Of a stretch of 64,000 nucleotides of DNA, positions 1-9,302 are shown one piece after another (the stretch's first letter is position 1; each line of letters begins with the position of its first letter). The translations under genes and the position numbers were made by a program. Location: positions 113,678-177,677 of the IMG/VR virus record IMGVR_UViG_3300024239_000016. One strand, written 5' to 3'. The DNA is from a virus. The notes beneath the pieces were generated by a model. That model made no database searches. It had not been told where the DNA came from and saw only the letters and a list, made by a program, of their open reading frames with translations.

Positions 1-12
1 TGAGAGTACATC

Positions 13-420
13 ATGGCAAAAAAGGTAATTGGAATCGTCACACTATCGACAGCTGGTGTGGTGCGCACACCTAATGAGAAGATAGACGCAGCTATGGCCT
101 ACTTCTTTGAAACACAGCATTCTCAGTCAAATGAGACCAGGCAATCTAATGTGAGTTGTCAGGAAATCACGATGCGCACTAGTCATGACTCTAACCTACT
201 AAGTAGTGAGTTACAGAAGCAGCTAACTGAATACCTGAATCGTTTCTTTGTATCGACTGAACTAGAGGTCAGCATAGATGATCCCGATGATGGCGGAGCA
301 TATGACGTCGTTATTACCGGTAGTGTCACCGAAGTCGATGGAAAAAAATATCAAGTCGCTGAATCACTTGAGGCGCACGGTACTAATTTCAAACGTGTGA
401 TGAAACTTAATAACGGTTAA
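13..420 (+). CDS. Conserved phiKZ-like hypothetical protein, possibly gp25-like baseplate wedge fold
   Basis: 135 aa ORF; the N-terminal 'TLSTAG...EKIDAAMAYFF' pattern and position upstream of the SbcD-like gene match the phiKZ-like core as I recall it. The fold call is tentative. Confidence 0.45.
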   Translation: MAKKVIGIVTLSTAGVVRTPNEKIDAAMAYFFETQHSQSNETRQSNVSCQEITMRTSHDSNLLSSELQKQLTEYLNRFFVSTELEVSIDDPDDGGAYDVVITGSVTEVDGKKYQVAESLEAHGTNFKRVMKLNNG

Positions 421-429
421 GGAACAAGC

Positions 430-1002
430 ATGAACGAGAACGAATTGCCGCGGCGGCTGACGAAAGAAGACACTGGCGTGGACATGGAGCTGATTTACAA
501 CAGCATCGCGAATGGCGCTAAGGAAGCTCCTCTTTGGTCACTGAAAGAAGCGGATTTCTGCGCTCACTTTCTGCCAGTGTTTGCCGGTGAAGAGGAGAGC
601 GATCAAAAGATGGCGGATTGGGCTCGCATGGCTGGAGGACCAAATCGTTGGGTGCGCGTCACCGATATTGCTGGCCGACAGCTGTTCCTGGTACCTCCGC
701 TGCAATCGACTTACTCAATCAACCCAGGTGCCCCAGGACTCAGTGGGGTCAATGCAGCGGACATTATCGGCCGTTATCGTGCGTTAGGTCTGTCAGGTCG
801 TGCCGCGCTGGCTAATGATTATCTCAAAGCTCACATGACCGACTACATCAAACGTGGGACTGAGGAAGAAAATCTGTACGAAATAAGTCGCGCTTGGTCG
901 GATATCTTCGACCGTTACGGTATTGTGGTGAAGGGAAGCAATGACACGACCGAAGCAGCTGAAGAGCCAGTCCAGCAAGTCCTTGGTTTCGATCCGATCT
1001 GA
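430..1002 (+). CDS. Conserved hypothetical protein
   Basis: 190 aa ORF, GGA RBS, tightly packed in the operon. Confidence 0.7.
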   Translation: MNENELPRRLTKEDTGVDMELIYNSIANGAKEAPLWSLKEADFCAHFLPVFAGEEESDQKMADWARMAGGPNRWVRVTDIAGRQLFLVPPLQSTYSINPGAPGLSGVNAADIIGRYRALGLSGRAALANDYLKAHMTDYIKRGTEEENLYEISRAWSDIFDRYGIVVKGSNDTTEAAEEPVQQVLGFDPI

Positions 1003-1027
1003 TATCGAGACAAAAGAACCAGGTGTA

Positions 1028-2131
1028 ATGAGGGGGGCTGTTCTCTCTGATTTACACCTGGGGACTGAGAGAAATCCTACCTCTGAAAAGATACAGAAAA
1101 TAAGAGCAGCCACAATTGATAGCCCTAGCTTTGACAGGCTAGATTACCTATTCTTTGCTGGAGATACTTACGATAGCAATCTCAATCATTCGAGCGAGGT
1201 TGTTATTGAGATCGATATCTGGATTGCAGACACTCTCAGGGCTTGCGTTAAGCATAATGTTGCATTGCGCGTTCTTCTAGGGACTCGCTCACACGACCAC
1301 AATCAGCCACGTAGATTTACAGCTATTAATTATCTGGCTGAAATTGGAGCTGACATTAAGTATATCAGTGATATTGACGTAATGGTAGAAAAGGGAATGT
1401 CGTTCCTTTATATTCCGGATGACGTTGATAGAGATACTGATAAAATCTATCATCGCGCTAAAACGATGATGATGGATAAAGGATTAGAGCAAGTTGACTT
1501 TGCAATTATGCATGGTCAATTCGAATACCAATTGCCGGCAGTAGTTAAAGCACCGAAGCATAATTCTAAAAAATACCTAGACTTAGTCAAGCACTATATC
1601 TTTATTGGGCACGTCCATGTTCGCTCTACCTTTGAGCGCATTATCGCTCAGGGATCTTTTGATCGAGATAAGCATGGTGAAGAAAAACCAAAAGGACATG
1701 TGGAGTTTGAAGTAAACTACAACACTGAGGAAAGACGTTGTAAGTTTATTGTCAATAAAAATGCAAAGATTTTCAAGACACTCAAGATCACTCAGTCAGA
1801 TATTGAAAAAGTACTTGAGTACGTAAAAGCGCAAATAACCGATAGAATTCCAGATGGCTCTTTTGTCAGATTAATGGCGCCTAAAAATCATCCGTTACAC
1901 ACCAATGTAGCAAGTGTAGCGCGGCTTTTTCCAATGATCACCTTCACGGCTAATCAAGCTGAGGAAGAAAAATCAGAAGCTGTTAATCTGATAGACGAAG
2001 TACCAACATACCAGGCTATCGACATCACGCCTGAGAATATTGTTGAGCTAGTGATCGAGAAAGCTAAGACGTTAACCGATGATAGTGGACTACTTGACGA
2101 GTGTCAGCGTCTATTATCAGTTCTCAAATAG
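1028..2131 (+). CDS. sbcD: SbcD/Mre11-like metallophosphoesterase nuclease
   Basis: Calcineurin-like motifs SDLHLG, AGDTYD, GTRSHD, MHGQF, IGHVH. Start moved to the in-frame ATG at 1028 to avoid overlap with the upstream gene. Confidence 0.85.
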   Translation: MRGAVLSDLHLGTERNPTSEKIQKIRAATIDSPSFDRLDYLFFAGDTYDSNLNHSSEVVIEIDIWIADTLRACVKHNVALRVLLGTRSHDHNQPRRFTAINYLAEIGADIKYISDIDVMVEKGMSFLYIPDDVDRDTDKIYHRAKTMMMDKGLEQVDFAIMHGQFEYQLPAVVKAPKHNSKKYLDLVKHYIFIGHVHVRSTFERIIAQGSFDRDKHGEEKPKGHVEFEVNYNTEERRCKFIVNKNAKIFKTLKITQSDIEKVLEYVKAQITDRIPDGSFVRLMAPKNHPLHTNVASVARLFPMITFTANQAEEEKSEAVNLIDEVPTYQAIDITPENIVELVIEKAKTLTDDSGLLDECQRLLSVLK

Positions 2132-2138
2132 GTGGTCT

Positions 2139-2969
2139 ATGAACGGAGTTCGTGATCGCGCAAAAGGAAAACTTCCATTATCGATAGCGACATCAATCGC
2201 TATTGAATCAATAATTGGACACCCTGAGCCAACCAATGAGATCCGCACTACGAATACGTTAGGTAACTATCGTGAAATGTGGATCAATGTAAAGACTCTA
2301 TTCCGTAACGTCATGGGCGCAATGCCATCAAACTCACCGCCAGCTGCGCATGAGGACTTAGTTATTGCGCTTTTAAATGAGATCAGCAGCATCCGAGATA
2401 TCATTGGCAAACACGGAATGACTAAAGTCTTCTTCTACGTATCCAACTATAGTCGGCTGGAAAGTATTTATAAAAACGTAGATTTACGGCGGGACAATAC
2501 GCCGAAGCAAAAAGAATACACTGCGCTAATGACGCGGACAATTCAGAGTGTGATCAAAAGGACACCAAAAGAAAACGACTATTTTCTTTTGTTCAATCAT
2601 GAACTAAAACCAAAGCAGCGCAACGATGCGGTAATTCTGACTCACATTCCGTATGATTTAGTGAGCGCTCCTAGCTTTGGTTCTTTGGTGCTTCTTGAGA
2701 GCCACACTGGTAAACTGAAAACAAAAGTTCTATGGTACACGAAGTACTATCAGGGCGAGAACTTGCCGCCAATTCCTTTTACAGATTTTCTGTTAGCAGT
2801 CTTTGGCGATCGCGAAATGTTTAGGCCTCTGAAGATAGATGCCAAAGAACAAGTTATCCAGCTCGCACGTAAAAAAGGATGGACTCCCCTCACAACTGAG
2901 GCTAAGATGAAATCCGACATCCGTGAGCTCAGGAATAAGTATCTGATGGAAGTAATCCGAACAATTTAA
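2139..2969 (+). CDS. Conserved phiKZ-like core protein, possibly a 5'-nuclease/RNase H-like fold
   Basis: In-frame ATG at 2139 after GGTGG RBS; motifs WINVKTLFRN, LTHIPYDL, LLESHTG, VFGD. Confidence 0.55.
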   Translation: MNGVRDRAKGKLPLSIATSIAIESIIGHPEPTNEIRTTNTLGNYREMWINVKTLFRNVMGAMPSNSPPAAHEDLVIALLNEISSIRDIIGKHGMTKVFFYVSNYSRLESIYKNVDLRRDNTPKQKEYTALMTRTIQSVIKRTPKENDYFLLFNHELKPKQRNDAVILTHIPYDLVSAPSFGSLVLLESHTGKLKTKVLWYTKYYQGENLPPIPFTDFLLAVFGDREMFRPLKIDAKEQVIQLARKKGWTPLTTEAKMKSDIRELRNKYLMEVIRTI

Positions 2970-2985
2970 CCGGGAGTGTTCTTAC

Positions 2986-3684
2986 ATGTCAAATCAGCAA
3001 CAGGGGCAATTTCCTGCTCCGAAACGCACTATCATCAATTCCAACATCTTCAACATGATGGCTCCGTGCCCAAGCGCTGAAGGTAAGTGGAGTTCCTTCA
3101 CCCTTCACGCATCCAACGATGGCCTGAGCATCACTGTCTGGACTCGCGATCCGCAGGACGCGAACAACCAAAATGGATCGATCAAGTTCAAGGCGCCGTT
3201 GCCCCTGGCATTCATGATCTTCAAGGCGATCGATGAAGTTGCTCGTGGTAAGGTCAAGGAACGCAGCTTCAAGCACGAAGACTTCACGTTCATGGCCGGG
3301 AAGCGCTCCGACAAGAAAGTCCTGATCTCTACGCTCATCGTCGGTCGTGATGAAAGTGGCATCTACATTTCCGTTCGTGCCTACAAGAGCGATCGTCCGC
3401 GCATCAACTTCTACTTCGGCTCCGCCATTCTTCGCTCCTATGAAGTTCTGGACGAAAGCGGCAACAAGATGAGCATGGTCGATGTCTCGCGCGATGCAGC
3501 CCTGGCTTACATCGATGCTTTGGCGCGTGTCCTGGCCTACATCGTCGCCAAGGACTACAAGCACCCGGAACCAAAACCGGGCCCTGGTAACTCGGGTGGT
3601 CAGCGCAGCTCTGGCGGCTCTCAGGGCGGCAGTTACCAAGCGCAAGCAAGCAGCTCGAGCGACGAAGACGATAACTTCTTCTAA
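2986..3684 (+). CDS. chmC: ChmC-like phage-nucleus-associated nucleic-acid-binding protein (phiKZ gp67 position)
   Basis: Lies immediately upstream of the gp68-like sigma and picA-like genes, the known chmC synteny. It has a beta-rich core and a disordered G/S/Q-rich C-tail ending SSSDEDDNFF, with GC-rich high-expression codon use. Confidence 0.65.
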   Translation: MSNQQQGQFPAPKRTIINSNIFNMMAPCPSAEGKWSSFTLHASNDGLSITVWTRDPQDANNQNGSIKFKAPLPLAFMIFKAIDEVARGKVKERSFKHEDFTFMAGKRSDKKVLISTLIVGRDESGIYISVRAYKSDRPRINFYFGSAILRSYEVLDESGNKMSMVDVSRDAALAYIDALARVLAYIVAKDYKHPEPKPGPGNSGGQRSSGGSQGGSYQAQASSSSDEDDNFF

Positions 3685-3698
3685 GTCATACATACCGC

Positions 3699-3730
3699 AC
3701 ACCACCCCCATTGGGGGTGGTGTATTTCCT
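3699..3730 (+). terminator. Hairpin terminator
   Basis: ACACCACCCCC-ATT-GGGGGTGGTGT stem after the chmC-like stop; weak U tract. Confidence 0.7.
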
Positions 3731-3734
3731 CAGT

Positions 3735-3763
3735 AATCAATTAAAATAAAAACCTATATTACA
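3735..3763 (+). promoter_or_regulatory. Early (virion RNAP) promoter, TATATTAC at 3755-3762
   Basis: AT-rich upstream tract plus TATATTAC, the established phiKZ early promoter core; 29 bp identical to 9245-9273. Confidence 0.8.
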
Positions 3764-3790
3764 AGACTGAGCTATACCTAGGAGCCGTTA

Positions 3791-5356
3791 ATGAAAATAG
3801 CTGTAGTGAAAGTAGTCCATGGTTCTCGGTACGATATTGAGGTAAGTCATAATAACGAATCGTTATTGTGGCATGGGAAACCTTACGACAAGACCGAACT
3901 CTTCAAGGACCGCTGGGACTCATTGAAGTACATCAATTTGTATTGGAAGTCTTTACCGCTTTCTACGCAAGATGAGATTTTTGAGATCTATAAAAAGATC
4001 CGTGATGTTTTCTACAACGCAAACGACATCCATGCGGTTATGGTGAGTCTGTACCAGATCGTTAAAACCTTGCTGGACGATTACCACGACTTAGCTGAGA
4101 TTCTCAGTTGGGTAAAAACCAAGTCGGATATCATCGTCCCCTCAGATATAAAAGAGGCGATGGAATATGAAGCTGGTAGCAATATCACTTCCGAGAAAAC
4201 GTATCTGCGCGACGATTACTTGGAATTGATTGCAATGGCTATTTCATGCCAAACAATGATTCCCGTTTGGTGTGAGTACATTCGTTACGCTGGTCCTGTT
4301 GTTGGTAGCGACTTCAAGGAATGGCAAGCTCTTCGTCTGATGAGCCATGCTAAGCTTTGGCGTAGTGGCGCAATGAACATGCTGACTCGCTATGTAGCCC
4401 TGCATTCCGGGGATATTAGCGAAGACGACGCAATCATGCGTGGTATTTGTCGTGAGGATCTCCCAAAGTTCAATGCTACGCCCGTAATTATTCGACGCGT
4501 CGCTATTGGCGATTTATCCGGGCACAATCCCGCTCAGTACTTTGTGAAGTACATCTACTCCTACACGAAGCAGATGAACAACAACCCAAAAGGCTTGGGT
4601 AGAAATCAGCCGTCCTCGCGAATTAAACCAAAGAGAGATCCAGGTGAAGATCGCGGCGGAGTAGATGAGCTCTCAACTCTTGAGGGCTACAAGAGTCAGC
4701 CAAAAGTCTGTATTGGTGATTCGGAATCGTTGCGTTTCTTTTGCGATGATCCAAAAGCAATTGCCAATGCAATCGATGAAACAATTCCAGTAGCTAAATT
4801 AAAGCTGTGCCTGCAATCAATACGTGCGCTCTCGACTAATCGCATCGATCGTACGCAAAAGATTCTTACACAGTGGTTCTGTAAACCAGCCATTCCTCCA
4901 AGAGGTATCGATGAGCTGACAAGAACTCAGTTATTAAACGTAATGGCCGCATGCCAGGCAGCTCTATGGCACTGGGGTAACTACCACGTAGCTCTGTTGC
5001 TAACCGCCATTCCTGATGAAGGAACAGATGAGGGCGATGAGTCTTCGCTCATGCTGTCTGATAGCTTTGATATGTCCACAAAATCAAAGCAACTAATGCA
5101 AGATCTGTTTCCGTACGAAAAAGGTGGTAAACGTGCCAATGCCAAGAAAGCATCAAACCCAGGTATTGATTGCATTGAGAGCATCACAGCGATGTTACAT
5201 ACCCGCGAGTGGTTATCTTTCGCACCAGCTGAACTGAAAGCTCTGAACAATCCGCCAGTTCAGACTCACGTATTTATCGATCCCAGAGTACGGGATCTTT
5301 TAGTCGAATCATTCGTTAACGCAATAAATACAAGGAGAAATTCGAATGCTCAATAA
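3791..5356 (+). CDS. Non-virion RNAP promoter-specificity (sigma-like) subunit, phiKZ gp68-like
   Basis: 521 aa; size, synteny between the chmC-like and picA-like genes, and N-terminal pattern (YINLYWKSLPLSTQDEIFEIY). Confidence 0.7.
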   Translation: MKIAVVKVVHGSRYDIEVSHNNESLLWHGKPYDKTELFKDRWDSLKYINLYWKSLPLSTQDEIFEIYKKIRDVFYNANDIHAVMVSLYQIVKTLLDDYHDLAEILSWVKTKSDIIVPSDIKEAMEYEAGSNITSEKTYLRDDYLELIAMAISCQTMIPVWCEYIRYAGPVVGSDFKEWQALRLMSHAKLWRSGAMNMLTRYVALHSGDISEDDAIMRGICREDLPKFNATPVIIRRVAIGDLSGHNPAQYFVKYIYSYTKQMNNNPKGLGRNQPSSRIKPKRDPGEDRGGVDELSTLEGYKSQPKVCIGDSESLRFFCDDPKAIANAIDETIPVAKLKLCLQSIRALSTNRIDRTQKILTQWFCKPAIPPRGIDELTRTQLLNVMAACQAALWHWGNYHVALLLTAIPDEGTDEGDESSLMLSDSFDMSTKSKQLMQDLFPYEKGGKRANAKKASNPGIDCIESITAMLHTREWLSFAPAELKALNNPPVQTHVFIDPRVRDLLVESFVNAINTRRNSNAQ

Positions 5357-6905
5357 TGTCCAAAAGATCAGCGTTTTGAAGTTGCTCATTTACGATGCTT
5401 TTGGCTATCGTCCGCACGTTGCTCGTCCTTACGAGATGTTTCTCAGTCAGGATGAGCTCGATGCTGTCTGTGAAAAGGTACACGATTCCATTTCGTTCTC
5501 CGGTGGCATTGGTATCCCCGCGACTCAATTTGCCACGCAGATGGCTACTGCGCTGCAGCCGCAAATGGCTCATGAAAAAGAGGTCCTGATTGACGGCGGC
5601 TGGGAGAAAGCACGGCATCGCTATATCCTCTTCATCAACGTACTGGATACTCTCGGTGTTGAGACGATCTATCTGATCGCTGGTTATACCAATGATCAAA
5701 TCGTCAACGATGGTGTTACATCTGGCATTACGTCCAGCGTGCGCATTGATCCCGATGCCGACTTCATCATCAACTCGATTTCGCAAATCACACAAAATAC
5801 CGTTCTCACTAACTATGCGGCTGTTAAACAGGTAAGCGGCGTATCATCTCGACTCGTGCTGGCTAACAATGGCCCTGTCGATTTCAATCACCTCCCGGCT
5901 CAAAAAATCCGGCCGGAAGATATCTGTCTGCAACTTGCTGTGAAGTCATCGTTCGGTAAATCCCGCGGCGGAAGAACAATTATTAACAGCAGCAATGGTC
6001 TTACTACCGCTCCTTCTCTCTCCGACCGTACCAACTCCATCAGTAGCAACTTCATTGCAAAGATGGTCAATGGCTATACCGAAAGCTTGCGTTCTACTCA
6101 GACTGGTGAAGAACCATCGGTGACGATGTCAAACGCAGGTGGGTTCGTTCGCGATCCATCAGCACACAAAGATCCATTTCTCAAGTTTATTGGTAAGCTT
6201 CACGATACCAGCGTAGATTCGGCGTTCACCATTAAGGATCTGATAGCGATCGATCCTTCCTGTCCGGCACGTATCAAAAAGATGCGCACTGGACGTATGC
6301 TTGAGGTACCTAACGCCTCGGCAAATATCGGCGGCGTTTCATCTCTTGCAAACATGAATCCATCTCATGCTCAAGATTGGCGTGTGCAGGGACATGAGAC
6401 CAAGATTGCTACGATTCTCGCACAGGGTGTTCCGGCTTTGTGTTTTGAATGCGGTCTCGGCGCTATCAGCTTTGTGTGTCATAACCTGGCACCACAACGC
6501 ATGATCAGCTTTATCCCAGGTGGCGGTTGGTCGCTGATGTCGATTGACACTGGCACCAGTGTTGATCTCAGCAAACCTCTGGAAATGTTCCGGGTGCGCT
6601 TCGAGCGCGAAGTAATGCCGTTGCTTACATTCGATAACAAACTTGGCGTTAGTGTACAAGTGCACTGCGATGCTCTCAACGATACACGCATTAATGTGTC
6701 CGTTGAAGCCAATCGTCCGGTGCAGTTCATTCAGGCCAGCTTTGCCGATGCTCTTATGCCACCGGTCATCACCAGTGATACGTCCCGTCCTTCACAACTG
6801 GCAGATAACTTCGAAACTCTCTTTGAAGCAGTCGCGCCAGGTCAAGGTATCAGTAACCCAATCTCGCAGGACTTCTCCCGTTCAAACGGCTTTAACCTCA
6901 TTTAA
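5346..6905 (+). CDS. picA: PicA/Imp1-like phage nucleus protein-import factor (phiKZ gp69-like)
   Basis: 519 aa, directly downstream of and overlapping the gp68-like gene; called mainly on synteny and size. Confidence 0.65.
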   Translation: MLNNVQKISVLKLLIYDAFGYRPHVARPYEMFLSQDELDAVCEKVHDSISFSGGIGIPATQFATQMATALQPQMAHEKEVLIDGGWEKARHRYILFINVLDTLGVETIYLIAGYTNDQIVNDGVTSGITSSVRIDPDADFIINSISQITQNTVLTNYAAVKQVSGVSSRLVLANNGPVDFNHLPAQKIRPEDICLQLAVKSSFGKSRGGRTIINSSNGLTTAPSLSDRTNSISSNFIAKMVNGYTESLRSTQTGEEPSVTMSNAGGFVRDPSAHKDPFLKFIGKLHDTSVDSAFTIKDLIAIDPSCPARIKKMRTGRMLEVPNASANIGGVSSLANMNPSHAQDWRVQGHETKIATILAQGVPALCFECGLGAISFVCHNLAPQRMISFIPGGGWSLMSIDTGTSVDLSKPLEMFRVRFEREVMPLLTFDNKLGVSVQVHCDALNDTRINVSVEANRPVQFIQASFADALMPPVITSDTSRPSQLADNFETLFEAVAPGQGISNPISQDFSRSNGFNLI

Positions 6906-6925
6906 CATAACAAGGAATCAACGAA

Positions 6926-8227
6926 ATGAATCTGATCAAAGCGTACGAGCTGATTCTGAATGCATTGCGGCTCAGCGTTACCGAAGATGGCTTCATCAGA
7001 AACGCTGATGAAGAACAAATCATCGTCAACAAACGCTCTTTGGTAATGCCCGTCGCCAAGCAACTCGCAGTTCCGGATATGAGCAATCGCATCTTCTTCA
7101 ATCCGTTCCGTGAAAATGCGCTGGCCAGCGAAACTCCGGCTGTTACCGAATACATCCGTGGCCGCTTCCTCGAACACATCAGCATGAAGACCATGTTGCT
7201 CATCAGTGAGCTCGCTGACATTGCGGCAAAAACCGCAATTCACCCGACGCTTTCTCCTGAGCAGCTTGAATTCCTCGTGTCCGTTCAGGATATGGACGAA
7301 TCGTTTCTCACCAATCTGGCTCGACTGCTGGACAAGCTCAACGAATCCAGCTCGCGTACCAGTGGTGTTGCCCATGTCTTCTCTCGCAAGAATAGCAAGG
7401 TCGGCGACAAGGAATACCGTCGTGTTGCTTTTGTTTCATTCCCGCTTTACGAAATTCTCACTACCGGCGACAAGGAACAACTGAAGGCAGCAGGTCTGAA
7501 CAGCCTGCGGCCGAAAGATCGCAAGATTCTGATCGGTATGCTCCAGTACATCTTCCCGAAGATTGCCGAGAGCAACAGCTACTCCAAGGGCAGCAGCTCT
7601 GGTGTTTGTCCGTACATGGATTCGCTGATGCAGGCATTCGGTGGTCTCATTGAGCGCCTGAACGATGTGGTTGAGTTGTTCGTCGACCACATCGAATCGA
7701 CAGATCTGATCATGACTCCCGTTGAATGGTTCGAAGCATTCCAGGATCTGACTGTTTTCCAGAATGAACTCCGCATTCTTGGAATTGGTGGTGACTCCAC
7801 TGCTGCTCCATCTTCACTGGAAGCATCAGTGGCTGGCGCAGTCAATGGCCATGTTCAGCAACAGGCCGCTACGTTGGCTTCGGCTGGTGCTCCTGTGGTA
7901 CTTACGCTTCCTGGCATTGGTGCTATGGTTTCTTTGGCACAAGGGGCTCAGACCGCACTACAGACAGCGCCTCTCACTGCCAACGGGTCAGTTGATCTCT
8001 CCGCGGTCATTGCCGGAAATCCCGTTCTGCAACAGCAGCTGCTCATGCAAGCACTGACTGCAAACCCGGCATACGCCAGCCATCTGCAGCAAATACAGCA
8101 AAGTAACAAGCTGCAATCCAAAGCACGGCGCTGGATGATGGGCGGTACCGCCGCAGCAGCCAATCAGGTTATCCTTCAGCAAGTCCAGAACACCGATAAC
8201 AACGCCGTTGCCCTCGGTCTGATCTGA
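6926..8227 (+). CDS. Conserved core protein (phiKZ gp70 position) with Q/A-rich low-complexity C-terminus
   Basis: 433 aa, AAGGA RBS, last gene before a strong terminator. Confidence 0.65.
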   Translation: MNLIKAYELILNALRLSVTEDGFIRNADEEQIIVNKRSLVMPVAKQLAVPDMSNRIFFNPFRENALASETPAVTEYIRGRFLEHISMKTMLLISELADIAAKTAIHPTLSPEQLEFLVSVQDMDESFLTNLARLLDKLNESSSRTSGVAHVFSRKNSKVGDKEYRRVAFVSFPLYEILTTGDKEQLKAAGLNSLRPKDRKILIGMLQYIFPKIAESNSYSKGSSSGVCPYMDSLMQAFGGLIERLNDVVELFVDHIESTDLIMTPVEWFEAFQDLTVFQNELRILGIGGDSTAAPSSLEASVAGAVNGHVQQQAATLASAGAPVVLTLPGIGAMVSLAQGAQTALQTAPLTANGSVDLSAVIAGNPVLQQQLLMQALTANPAYASHLQQIQQSNKLQSKARRWMMGGTAAAANQVILQQVQNTDNNAVALGLI

Positions 8228-8242
8228 TTCGATAAATACAGC

Positions 8243-8283
8243 ATAATACCACGGGCCCTATAGCCCGTGGTATTATTTTTTTT
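8243..8283 (+). terminator. Intrinsic terminator
   Basis: 14-bp stem ATAATACCACGGGC / GCCCGTGGTATTAT followed by a T tract. Confidence 0.85.
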
Positions 8284-8298
8284 CTGGAGAATTTATTT

Positions 8299-8901
8299 AT
8301 GAATGAGCTGACCGAAGAGTATTATATCGCCGGCCAGAATACGCTGGCTGACGCAGAGTCACAACCATACATACGAGCGGTGCAATATGCTGTACTGAAT
8401 TTCTTTGTCGATTTAAGCGATCGAAGTACCGCCGAAACCATGGACGAATACATTAGTACCATTGAAAGCAACCTACTGGATTCATCTTCGCTTTTGTCAT
8501 TTTCACCAAAAACTCTCCGCAACTACTTATATCCGTTTTTCAACTCTCCAATGATGAGAGAGCTGATCTTGCACACATGGCAGAATGTGGTTACAGTTGT
8601 TAATCACAACCAGATTAAGACTGTACATGCACGTCTATGTACATCAGCGACTATGCTGATTAACGGTAATAAAACTTTATCTGACTGGATGGACAGCGAA
8701 GTAATCGAAATGATGCGCGGTGATTATCCACAGCAGTCTGAAGTCGAAACCGCTTTGAGCGAATTACCTTGGTTGTTTATTCCGCTGATGATTGCAAACT
8801 ATTGCGATTTTTACATGATCGAGCAAATCGTCGCTAAGCGGATGAACGAAAGAGTGATGACTGGTAATAACAATCGTCGCCCTAAACAAAACCAAAGTTA
8901 A
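8299..8901 (+). CDS. Hypothetical protein
   Basis: 200 aa, GGAG RBS. Confidence 0.7.
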   Translation: MNELTEEYYIAGQNTLADAESQPYIRAVQYAVLNFFVDLSDRSTAETMDEYISTIESNLLDSSSLLSFSPKTLRNYLYPFFNSPMMRELILHTWQNVVTVVNHNQIKTVHARLCTSATMLINGNKTLSDWMDSEVIEMMRGDYPQQSEVETALSELPWLFIPLMIANYCDFYMIEQIVAKRMNERVMTGNNNRRPKQNQS

Positions 8902-9230
8902 GTCTTAGTGGTCATGTAGATCTGCCTAATTCGCTCAACTTCTGTAATATCTGGGATCAATAGTTGCTCGTAACCAGGTCCAAAATCCTGAGAGCAGACC
9001 ATACCGTTCAAGCGAGCAACTACCCAGTGTAAATATGCCGGTACTGATTTAGTAATCAGATATCCGTCTAAATCGAATTCAAATTTGATCAAGTCATGCG
9101 GCGCCACCATGATTGATTTGGTGTTAGCCGATAGTCGCAGTACTGGAAAATGATGTTCGAGCTCATCCCGGAAAGCTTGCGTATAGAAAACTGGGTTCTG
9201 ATCAACTGGGAGATACTTTAAAGCGGACAT
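8898..9230 (-). CDS. Small conserved virion protein, T4 gp53/LysM-like baseplate wedge-type
   Basis: 110 aa; YLHWVVARLNG...LLIPD resembles the gp53/LysM-like motif. Confidence 0.5.
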   Translation of the reverse strand: MSALKYLPVDQNPVFYTQAFRDELEHHFPVLRLSANTKSIMVAPHDLIKFEFDLDGYLITKSVPAYLHWVVARLNGMVCSQDFGPGYEQLLIPDITEVERIRQIYMTTKT

Positions 9231-9244
9231 AGAAGGCCTCTTGG

Positions 9245-9273
9245 AATCAATTAAAATAAAAACCTATATTACA
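9245..9273 (+). promoter_or_regulatory. Early promoter, TATATTAC at 9265-9272
   Basis: Identical to 3735-3763; upstream of the nvRNAP beta-C/beta'-C operon. Confidence 0.8.
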
Positions 9274-9302
9274 TAAATGGGTTTCACTAGGAGTCGTTTT
9301 AC

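Noticed and set aside
941-1027. Extended ORF-track starts (also 2079, 18666, 21226, 22109, 30283, 42247, 51833)
   Set aside because: They overlap upstream genes or terminators and lack RBSs; downstream in-frame starts fit better
2986-3684. Classical SSB call based on the acidic DEDDNFF tail
   Set aside because: No recognisable OB-fold SSB motifs; synteny with the gp68 and gp69 homologs favours ChmC, though ssDNA binding is not excluded
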